DNA from: a virus | DNA length: 25,530 nucleotides | IMG/VR virus record: IMGVR_UViG_2630968343_000001 | Span: 1 to 25,530 of that record | Strand: one strand, 5' to 3' | Part shown: one piece after another, positions 1-6,680 of the stretch | How the letters are laid out: each line of letters begins with the position of its first letter | Position numbering within the stretch: position 1 is the stretch's first letter | Notes under the pieces: model-generated | Seen by the model: the letters and a program-made list of their open reading frames with translations, nothing else | The model's database searches: none | What the model was told of the DNA's origin: nothing | Translations under genes and position numbers: made by a program

Positions 1-207
1 ATGAGCTATATTTTTAACAAGAATCATAACCGGAGTCATACGCCAGATTGCCGGGCTGTTCGGATGATGAATTTTGATAAAAATGCCGAAACAGTGGAAG
101 AACCACGGGGCCACAGTTGCGGTTGGTGTGGTGCAGGTAAGATAGACAAAGTGGATCATCGTCTGGATGAATACAGTCAGAAACCATTAGCCCGGGAGGT
201 GGCCTAA
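1..207 (+). CDS. Small Cys/His zinc-binding protein resembling the Ada-type metal-binding module
   Basis: Motif N-x3-HTPDCRAVRMM...HSCGWC matches the H-x-P-x-C...C-x2-C pattern of Ada-like Zn-binding domains; coupled to next ORF via GAGGTGGCCTAAAATG. Confidence 0.5.
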   Translation: MSYIFNKNHNRSHTPDCRAVRMMNFDKNAETVEEPRGHSCGWCGAGKIDKVDHRLDEYSQKPLAREVA

Positions 208-208
208 A

Positions 209-583
209 ATGAAAGACCTTTTTGGTGGCCCTGACAGCATGCAGATGATAATGGAACAGTGCAGGAACAATCCAAGGATGGAAATCAGGAGCATGAAAGC
301 TCAAAATGAAATCTTCTGTGGATGTTTCGAGGACTACGATCTCCGTAGAATGAAATGGGACGGCCAGGAACTCTACTCCGGAGATACTGTCTATTTTAAG
401 GATCAGCATGGTTTTTTCTGGAAGGTGAAGATCTTCGTGGAACGTTTGGATCCTGATAGTGAAGAGAGTAGGATGGCCACGATAGAGGCAAATATCCGGA
501 ATCACTTAGCATTCCAGAAACAGCAGAGGAAAGCACAAAGTTGTGTTGATTGTGATGTGCCATTTGCAGAGGAGGGATTGTAA
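209..583 (+). CDS. Hypothetical early viral protein (124 aa) with C-terminal CxxC
   Basis: RBS GAGGTG upstream, 1-nt gap to previous stop, tightly packed operon. Confidence 0.75.
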   Translation: MKDLFGGPDSMQMIMEQCRNNPRMEIRSMKAQNEIFCGCFEDYDLRRMKWDGQELYSGDTVYFKDQHGFFWKVKIFVERLDPDSEESRMATIEANIRNHLAFQKQQRKAQSCVDCDVPFAEEGL

Positions 584-585
584 AA

Positions 586-876
586 ATGAATAGCAATTTG
601 ATTCTAGCAGAACACAACAAAGGCCTCCAAGTTTTTCCTATTTCTGAAACTGCAGCTGAAGTCCTTGATATGGAATATCGTGTGAACCTAAAGGAGTATC
701 GGGGTGAAGTATTGCTGGAAGCCAAAATAGGCCCTGGTCGGGACCTCTTGTCTTTCACAGAGCTTGGCAAATTCATGATTGAGGAAGAGGTTAAATTCAC
801 CTATGAGGCCGAATCTTATCTGTTAGAACTGCACGACTTTCAGAAGCTTTGTAAAATCTTGGAACAGGTGGTATAA
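586..876 (+). CDS. Hypothetical early viral protein (96 aa)
   Basis: RBS GGAGGG upstream, 2-nt gap to previous stop. Confidence 0.75.
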   Translation: MNSNLILAEHNKGLQVFPISETAAEVLDMEYRVNLKEYRGEVLLEAKIGPGRDLLSFTELGKFMIEEEVKFTYEAESYLLELHDFQKLCKILEQVV

Positions 877-880
877 CACA

Positions 881-1039
881 ATGAAACGGAGTTTATATCC
901 TAAAAGGGTGTCTGTTTGGAAGAATTTTTTATCCAAGTACAGGTATCAGGCCCTGGCCCTTTTAATCATTGTCATATTATTGATGGTGATTGGTGGAGTT
1001 CATAATCCAAGTGAACTGGAAGGAGTGTATGTTCAGTAG
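881..1039 (+). CDS. Small single-pass membrane protein (52 aa, not in ORF track): MKRSLYPKRVSVWKNFLSKYRYQALALLIIVILLMVIGGVHNPSELEGVYVQ
   Basis: ATG at 881, 4 nt after previous stop; GGTGG upstream; TAG at 1037-1039; basic N-terminus followed by a 16-residue hydrophobic stretch. Confidence 0.65.
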   Translation: MKRSLYPKRVSVWKNFLSKYRYQALALLIIVILLMVIGGVHNPSELEGVYVQ

Positions 1040-1042
1040 ACT

Positions 1043-1289
1043 TGCAAAGAATGTAGTAGTTAATTTGTGTGCACGTTGTCATTTTGAAAAAATGTATCTA
1101 AGCAAAAAATTAAAAACGGAGGAGAGAGAGTGTTTTCAGGAATAAACGATTTTACCGGCAAAAGTTTAATCAGTTTTTTTACTCCTTACTGTACTCTACT
1201 CTACTCTACTACTACTTACTTACATTCTAACTACTACTTAACTACTACTTTGTTTGCAGATTGCAAAGAATCTACTACTTTTCTTGCAG
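1043..1289. repeat. Three copies of an ~20-bp motif (consensus ACTACTACWTTBYTTGCA): one inverted at 1043-1063, two direct at 1240-1259 and 1270-1289; candidate origin iterons or operators
   Basis: Reverse complement of 1043-1063 (TTAACTACTACATTCTTTGCA) matches 1238-1258 (TTAACTACTACTTTGTTTGCA) at 19/21; 1240-1259 and 1270-1289 match at 17/20 with 30-bp spacing; palindrome TTTGCA-GAT-TGCAAA at 1253-1267. Confidence 0.75.
1180..1250 (+). repeat. Low-complexity CTACT/CTA tandem tract, almost G-free on the + strand
   Basis: TACTCCTTACTGTACTCTACTCTACTCTACTACTACTTACTTACATTCTAACTACTACTTAACTACTACTT read directly. Confidence 0.9.
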
Positions 1290-2028
1290 GGGTGATGGTC
1301 TGAAACCTCGCCAAAAACCTGTAAAAGTCCATGAAAGGGACACTGTAACAAACCGCCAGAAAAAGCTCCAATACATAGTAGACGACCCCAACAATGTCAC
1401 TGGTGAATTTGAAAAATTTGTACGCACTAAATACGGTTTCACCAAAGGAATAATTGGTAAAGAATTAATAGAAGCCCTAGAAAATCATCTAGCTTTACAT
1501 AACTTTGGACCATTCAGGAACAAATCATTAGACTTTACAGATTTTCTAGGACCTGCACACAAACATCTGAAATCAAATCATCAAACTCTTCTCAGTCACC
1601 TGGAAGATCTGTTCCAAGAAGGTGAAGTGATCAAATTCAAACAGATCCAGGATGTTATTAGAAGGGAGTTTGGCAGAACCGACAGAAGAACACATAAGAG
1701 TTATGTTGATGCCTTACGTTCAAGGGAACTATTAATTCAACCTGATGGGGTCAGGGATTATGAGTACTATTTCTTCAAGGAACAACCCCAAGCCCGGGAG
1801 AACCGTCCAACCCCTGTGGTTGATGTTCAAACCCGGTTAGTGTTTCCAGGAAATAAAGTTTTTGAACTTTTACCCGGACCAGGTACGACTTTTACGGTGC
1901 AGCGTTTACGGAAGATGACAACCTTAAAAGATGCAGATTTCCAGGCCGGTTTGAAACAGTTAACAGAATTGAAAATTATTAGAAATGTTGGAATAGGGAA
2001 ATTCCGAGTTAATGAAATAGAGGTGTAA
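1261..2028 (+). CDS. DNA-binding protein: N-terminal ribbon-helix-helix plus two winged-helix domains; candidate regulator or replication initiator. True start may be CTG at 1300
   Basis: KLQYIVDD...FEKFVRTKYGFTKGIIGKELIEALENHL is RHH-like; IKFKQIQDVIRREFGRTDRRTHKSYVDALRSRELL and FTVQRLRKMTTLKDADFQAGLKQLTELKIIRNVGIGKFRV are wHTH-like; GGTGA at 1291-1295 precedes in-frame CTG at 1300. Confidence 0.65.
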   Translation: MQRIYYFSCRGDGLKPRQKPVKVHERDTVTNRQKKLQYIVDDPNNVTGEFEKFVRTKYGFTKGIIGKELIEALENHLALHNFGPFRNKSLDFTDFLGPAHKHLKSNHQTLLSHLEDLFQEGEVIKFKQIQDVIRREFGRTDRRTHKSYVDALRSRELLIQPDGVRDYEYYFFKEQPQARENRPTPVVDVQTRLVFPGNKVFELLPGPGTTFTVQRLRKMTTLKDADFQAGLKQLTELKIIRNVGIGKFRVNEIEV

Positions 2029-2031
2029 AAA

Positions 2032-2832
2032 ATGGCTTTAACAACTGCACAACGAGGAAAAATTAGAGAAATAAAAGAAAAATACAAAAAAGAAGGATTA
2101 AAAGAAATTAAAGGCCGTGACGGTGTTTGGAGACCAACAGTAATTGGAGAATCATTCAAAGGCAAATATCTAGAATGTGTTCCAGACGCTGACAACTACC
2201 ACCGCAATAAATACATTTTTTCAGATGACAATGAGTTGAAAGATTCCAATGGCCGACTAGTTGGCTTGGATGGCCGTATAGCTCTTTTTGGAGGTGTGAC
2301 CCTGGATGACTCTATGGCCTGGATCCCAATTGGGGCCATGGTGGGGGTGATCTATTGTGGGGAACGACCTAACCCCGGATATAAGAGGGCTACAAAGCTG
2401 TTCACTGTGATGAGTGACAAGGAACTTGATGTTCCTATGAATATTTCCACACCCACTAAAAAGAAACCAGCAGCAGATTTGGCCATTGATGATGAAGCTG
2501 CCAGAGAATTAATCAAAGACTGCAAAACCTTCCTAGATAGTGAAGGGAAGAAAAACCCATCCATCCCAGAAATTGCAAATTACGCTGAGAAAATCCTCCA
2601 GGAAGACGATAAACCCGACCAACAATTACTGGACCAGGTTCACACTATACTGGCCCGGGACCTAATCGCTGAATGTGCTCTTTCTCTGACCAGTGACGAT
2701 AATCTTAACCCTTCAGAAGAAGAAGTGGCCGAGTGTGCTAAGAAAATCCTGGAAAACAAAAACCGTCCCTTATTGACTAAAGTTCAGTTGTTACTAGCGG
2801 ATATTGTGAAATCTAAAAAGAAAGAGGTGTAA
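2032..2832 (+). CDS. Putative OB-fold single-stranded DNA-binding protein with two C-terminal ~50-aa helical repeats
   Basis: WRPTVIGESFKGKY...IALFGGVTLDDSM...IGAMVGVIYCGE...KLFTV resembles the viral OB-fold family W.P...G..i.G.y...vwg...Ld..m....G..v.i.Y.G; tandem ARELIKDC...LA / ARDLIAEC...LA. Confidence 0.55.
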   Translation: MALTTAQRGKIREIKEKYKKEGLKEIKGRDGVWRPTVIGESFKGKYLECVPDADNYHRNKYIFSDDNELKDSNGRLVGLDGRIALFGGVTLDDSMAWIPIGAMVGVIYCGERPNPGYKRATKLFTVMSDKELDVPMNISTPTKKKPAADLAIDDEAARELIKDCKTFLDSEGKKNPSIPEIANYAEKILQEDDKPDQQLLDQVHTILARDLIAECALSLTSDDNLNPSEEEVAECAKKILENKNRPLLTKVQLLLADIVKSKKKEV

Positions 2833-2835
2833 AAA

Positions 2836-3276
2836 ATGGGAAAAAGACCACGTTGGAGTCCAGAGGAAAAAAAATTCTTCAACGAATGTGTTGACAAAGG
2901 AATGACAGATGCCCAAATTAGCAGTGAATTCCATATTAAAACCAAATTTGAAAAGGCTAAAGGGTTTCATATGCGCACTCCTGATGCTATGGGCCGCCGC
3001 CGCAGATTCTTAGCAATGGAACATCCACCAGTGGAAGGTAAACCTTTGAATCATAGAAGGTCCTGGTCACCAGAAGATGATGACCTTCTCAGAACATACA
3101 AAGACAGGGGAATCAGTAAGGAAGAAATGGCTGAAATTTTCAACCGAACAGAACGGGCCATAGATACTAGGATTCGGTACTTAGAAAACAAAGACACCAC
3201 TCCTTCTCCGGGGTTGCATCAGCTGAAAGGATTCTTTAATCATATTTTCCGGAGATTTGGCCATAATAGGGGTTGA
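2836..3276 (+). CDS. Protein with two Myb/SANT-like helix-turn-helix repeats; putative transcription regulator
   Basis: RWSPEEKKFFNECVDKGMTDAQIS and SWSPEDDDLLRTYKDRGISKEEMAEIFNRTERAIDTRIRYL (W-S/T-x-E-E/D-D-x-x-L motif twice); RBS GAGGTG. Confidence 0.7.
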   Translation: MGKRPRWSPEEKKFFNECVDKGMTDAQISSEFHIKTKFEKAKGFHMRTPDAMGRRRRFLAMEHPPVEGKPLNHRRSWSPEDDDLLRTYKDRGISKEEMAEIFNRTERAIDTRIRYLENKDTTPSPGLHQLKGFFNHIFRRFGHNRG

Positions 3277-3485
3277 TTATTGTTTTTCAACCGATCGAAT
3301 ATGCCACGGATCCAGACCTGGCTGGCATCTACATAATTTTTGATGATGGTGTCCTTTTACAGCTAGCTGTAAAGGGCACACATCAATTTTATGAAGTCAG
3401 TTATTATTTAGGTGAGTGGTTCGTGGATCGGGCCAAAAGGTTTTACGAGAAAATGATGTGTTCTGATGGGCATTATAATAAATGA
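3273..3485 (+). CDS. Hypothetical protein (70 aa)
   Basis: TTG start overlapping previous stop by 4 nt (TTGA); continues the early operon. Confidence 0.55.
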   Translation: MIIVFQPIEYATDPDLAGIYIIFDDGVLLQLAVKGTHQFYEVSYYLGEWFVDRAKRFYEKMMCSDGHYNK

Positions 3486-3583
3486 CTTGGAATATGTGCG
3501 TTTACTACCAAAAAATTCATAATCCAATTGATTATCAGTACAAAAAAGAAGAATTTAAAGGAATTATCTTAGAGATGTGCTAA
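3482..3583 (+). CDS. Possible 33-aa peptide MTWNMCVYYQKIHNPIDYQYKKEEFKGIILEMC
   Basis: ATGA overlap with previous stop suggests translational coupling; no recognisable domain. Confidence 0.3.
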   Translation: MTWNMCVYYQKIHNPIDYQYKKEEFKGIILEMC

Positions 3584-3618
3584 TTTGGGGTAATGCGGGA
3601 TTCTAATGGAGATCTTTA

Positions 3619-5064
3619 ATGGTTTATCATGCTCTATTTTGGCAAAAAACTTATATACGGTGGAACCAGATCGAATATAAACATTTTTATGGGTTAGTTC
3701 GTGGAGTGTGGTTACGTATGGTTATTACTAACAAAGAATATGAGTTTGCTTTTAATAACTGTCCTGATGCCATATTATTAACATTATCAGATGGGACAGT
3801 TTTATCAGCGAATCCGTCAGCTTGTGAACTTTTTGGTTACACTGAGGATGAATGGTGTGATTTGAAGAGATCAGATCTTGTGGATGCAACTGATTCTCGG
3901 ACATCTGTTTATCTTGAAGCAAGAAAAAAAGAGGGAGATGTAGAGGGTGAATTGATTTTCATCAAGAAAAATGGTGAAAAGTTCACAGGGCATATAAAAA
4001 GTGCTCTTAAACAACCAGAAAAAAGCTTAGGAAAAGCTTGTGTTATTATTAAAGATATAACTGAATTAAAACGTGCGGAAGAATCTTTAAAGAAAAATAA
4101 AGAAAGATATTACGACCTATTTTATAATGCACGTGTGGGAATATTTCGTTGTAGAATAAATAAAATGGAATTACTTGATGTTAACAAGAAAATAACTGAA
4201 CTGTCAGGTTATACCAAAGAAGAACTATTGAATGATGTCTCAATTGTCAAATTTCCTTATCCTGATGAAATTGATAATATTATGGGGAAATTAGAAGAAG
4301 AAGGTTTCATTGAGAATCATGAAGTCCATATCTTGGATAAAATGGGGGATATTAGAACAGCTTTGGTTTCATTCAAACTATATCCCGAAGAAGATTTTTT
4401 TGAGGGAACTGTAGTTGATATTACTAAAAGGAAAGAACTAGAACTAAAATTGCAAAAATCATTAGAAGAAAAAGAAATTTTACTAAAAGAGACACATCAC
4501 CGAGTTAAAAATAACTTAGCCATTATTTCAAGTATTATTAATCTGCAGTCCTCTTATTTTGACGACCCTGAAGCATTAAATGCTTTTAAAAATATCCAAG
4601 ATCGTGCCAATTCCATGTCCATGATTCATGAGAGGTTATACAAGTCTAAGGATTTAAAAAACATAAACTTTGGAGAATATTTAACCAGATTATGTAACAA
4701 TCTCTACAAAACTTACACACATTCAACCAACATCTCTTTAAAACTCAATATTGAAAATTTATCAGTGAAAAATGATGTTGCAGTCCCCTTAGGAATAATT
4801 GTCAATGAATTATTCACAAATTCATTAAAATACGCATTTCCTGATGAAAATGGAAATTTACAGGTAGATTTTAGAGGAAATAATGAAATGTATATGTTAA
4901 GTATAAAAGATGATGGTATTGGTTTACCTGAAGACTTTGGAATAGAAAAAACAAATTCACTAGGCTTAACACTGGTAAAAATTTTAACAGAACAGATAAA
5001 TGGTACTTTGGAACTTGAGTCTGAAAATGGAACAAAATGGTTGATAAAAATTCCAATTTCCTAA
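3619..5064 (+). CDS. Soluble PAS-PAS sensor histidine kinase, HisKA_2 / HATPase_c type; likely start at 3718 (MVITNKEYE)
   Basis: H-box LLKETHHRVKNNLAIISSIINLQ; N-box IIVNELFTNSLKYAF; G-boxes IKDDGIGLP and SLGLTLV; two PAS/PAC segments ending KDITELKRAE and DITKRKELE; no TM helix; GGAG upstream of ATG 3718. Confidence 0.93.
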   Translation: MVYHALFWQKTYIRWNQIEYKHFYGLVRGVWLRMVITNKEYEFAFNNCPDAILLTLSDGTVLSANPSACELFGYTEDEWCDLKRSDLVDATDSRTSVYLEARKKEGDVEGELIFIKKNGEKFTGHIKSALKQPEKSLGKACVIIKDITELKRAEESLKKNKERYYDLFYNARVGIFRCRINKMELLDVNKKITELSGYTKEELLNDVSIVKFPYPDEIDNIMGKLEEEGFIENHEVHILDKMGDIRTALVSFKLYPEEDFFEGTVVDITKRKELELKLQKSLEEKEILLKETHHRVKNNLAIISSIINLQSSYFDDPEALNAFKNIQDRANSMSMIHERLYKSKDLKNINFGEYLTRLCNNLYKTYTHSTNISLKLNIENLSVKNDVAVPLGIIVNELFTNSLKYAFPDENGNLQVDFRGNNEMYMLSIKDDGIGLPEDFGIEKTNSLGLTLVKILTEQINGTLELESENGTKWLIKIPIS

Positions 5065-5198
5065 TTTATAGCTTGATCAACAATAATTTTAAAATATCAT
5101 CATCTGTGAATAGTTTATTCGTCAAATAGGAGATTATAAATATTTTAAATTACAATTATTAATTATTAAAGCTCTGATATTTATAATAGGGATGAATT

Positions 5199-5651
5199 AT
5201 GATGATGACATCGGATCAAGTTAAAAGGGAATCTAGAAATATTAAATATTTGCTAGGTAAGTATAAAACCAAACAGCCGGGCGAGGTTAACCCTCGAACT
5301 ATTGATCTAAAAAAGGAATGGAGAGAAAATCAGAAAATACGAGTAGCACTTAAACAGATGGAAGATTTGAATGTTACTGGTGAGCTCCAGAATCAGGCTA
5401 TCTGGATCATCACCCATGGACCACGTACTAAGGATCTTTGTGCACGGTGCAAGTATGAAACTGTTACCTTGGCTATTATTTTTTATTTGAAATTCAGCAA
5501 TACTAAGAAAAGGCCATTATCACATTACAAGTTAGCCCGGGACCTGGGTTTGACAGAAGAAATTTATGCTAACATTGTTACTAAATTAGGTAGGTTTTTC
5601 CAGGAGAAAATGGCCCTCACTGGTAGAATCAAACGATATGATAATTCTTAA
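5199..5651 (+). CDS. TFIIB/TFB cyclin-fold-like protein (single cyclin repeat); putative viral transcription factor
   Basis: MEDLNVTGELQNQAIWII...DLCARCKYETVTLAIIFYLK...RPLSHYKLARDLGLTEEIYANIVTKL parallels the TFB core repeat (L.Lp..v...A..i...L..grs.e.v.aA.iY........eiA...gv.e..i......l). Confidence 0.55.
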   Translation: MMMTSDQVKRESRNIKYLLGKYKTKQPGEVNPRTIDLKKEWRENQKIRVALKQMEDLNVTGELQNQAIWIITHGPRTKDLCARCKYETVTLAIIFYLKFSNTKKRPLSHYKLARDLGLTEEIYANIVTKLGRFFQEKMALTGRIKRYDNS

Positions 5652-5717
5652 TTATAACTCTTATTTTTAATTTTAAACCTTTCTTCTTCCTTCGGTCATG
5701 TTTGCCATGTTATTATA

Positions 5718-6188
5718 GTGATAACGGCAAACTATTGGAGGGGTTGGTGTAAACTGGTAAAATTTGCAGATGATCCTGAATGGTTGCAGCTGGTCCGTGA
5801 TGGCTACTGTCCTGAATGTTTAGATCAATTTAACCCTAAGTCACGAAAACTTTTCAAAAAAGGAATTAAAAGAGAATGCAGCCAGGGCCACCTTATTCTT
5901 TATGGAAATCCATTGTATCTTGCTTATTATCGTGTTGAAAAGAAAAAAGAAAAAAAGAAAGTCACAGGTTGCCCTAAGTGTGGGGGTCAGGCTGTTACTT
6001 ATGATAAGAAACATGATGAAATTTTCTGTGATGATTGTGGCCTGGTGTTATCGGGGCCTCCACAGTGGATTCCTCCAGCTAGATGGGTGAATTATCCCAT
6101 GGGCAACCGTTACGATTACGCTGATATTGATGCTACTTACACCCCTTATGAAACAGATCGCTGTGATTATGGGGATTATATTGAATAA
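5718..6188 (+). CDS. Protein with a TFIIB-type zinc ribbon plus a second CxxC/CxxGH zinc site
   Basis: CPKCGGQAVTYDKKHDEIFCDDCGLVL fits the TFB N-terminal ribbon CPxCG...YD...GE..C..CGLV; also CPEC...ECSQGH. Confidence 0.8.
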   Translation: MITANYWRGWCKLVKFADDPEWLQLVRDGYCPECLDQFNPKSRKLFKKGIKRECSQGHLILYGNPLYLAYYRVEKKKEKKKVTGCPKCGGQAVTYDKKHDEIFCDDCGLVLSGPPQWIPPARWVNYPMGNRYDYADIDATYTPYETDRCDYGDYIE

Positions 6189-6225
6189 TTTTTTTTATGT
6201 TCATCATTTATTTGATGAAAAAAAG
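6189..6225 (+). terminator. Oligo-T tract plus hairpin after the zinc-ribbon gene; A-run on the far side suggests it works in both directions
   Basis: T8 directly after TAA, then TTCATCA-TTTATT-TGATGAA (6200-6219) and an A-run. Confidence 0.55.
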
Positions 6226-6453
6226 TGCTTTCCTAGGCGATTTGGTACACACCTCTAAGGGGGGATTGGTGGGGCCCTGGGCACAGTGAAATGAGAAAAA
6301 AAACGAAAAATAAAAGTTAAAAAACAAGGACTTTTAAAATAAACAATAATACCCCCCCCCTCTTATAGGTATTTAATCTATTTTTTTCTCTTTCACGTCA
6401 AAAAAGGCCCTACTATCCCCCCACTTTTCCAAACATATTGGGTGGTTTTTTTT
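6221..6453 (+). ncRNA. Predicted multi-stem structured RNA or 5' leader upstream of the late region
   Basis: 6259-6276 pairs with 6406-6422 (17 bp, 2 G-U, 1 bulge); 6286-6302 pairs with 6381-6396 (16 bp, 1 bulge); inner stems 6311-6317/6330-6336 and 6348-6353/6368-6373; outer 6221-6227/6422-6428; final hairpin 6421-6445 plus T8. Confidence 0.5.
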
Positions 6454-6543
6454 ATGAATAAAGACTTTTTAGGCGTCATAATCATCCTTTTAGGGATACT
6501 TTTCTTTTTCTTATTCATGGCATACAATCTCACAGTTTACTAG
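6454..6543 (+). CDS. Possible 29-aa hydrophobic peptide MNKDFLGVIIILLGILFFFLFMAYNLTVY
   Basis: GGGTGG at 6440-6445 upstream; one TM-length hydrophobic segment. Confidence 0.4.
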   Translation: MNKDFLGVIIILLGILFFFLFMAYNLTVY

Positions 6544-6680
6544 ATTGTTCAGTTACCATGGCCTACAACTGCAATGCAGCTGCACCCGCGACAGCTAATG
6601 ACACTGAACATTGCACTAATCTTAGACACTGATTTTCATTATTTAATGAACAAAAAAGAACTAAAAATGGAGATGGAATA

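Noticed and set aside
1180-1290. CRISPR array or mini-array
   Set aside because: Units are 3-5 bp tandem or ~20 bp with no unique 30-40 bp spacers; the pattern fits a low-complexity tract plus binding sites
6259-6281. G-quadruplex as the explanation for the G-runs
   Set aside because: One of the four tracts is only GG and the same bases form a 17-bp duplex with 6406-6422, which explains them better; not excluded experimentally
6228-6300. tRNA gene in the GC-rich stretch
   Set aside because: No TTC-G/A-A T-loop, no 7-bp acceptor stem and no cloverleaf; the segment instead pairs at long range with 6381-6422
6541-6543. Pyrrolysine (UAG) read-through of the 29-aa peptide
   Set aside because: The probable host family is not known to use pyrrolysine and the read-through product resembles nothing recognisable
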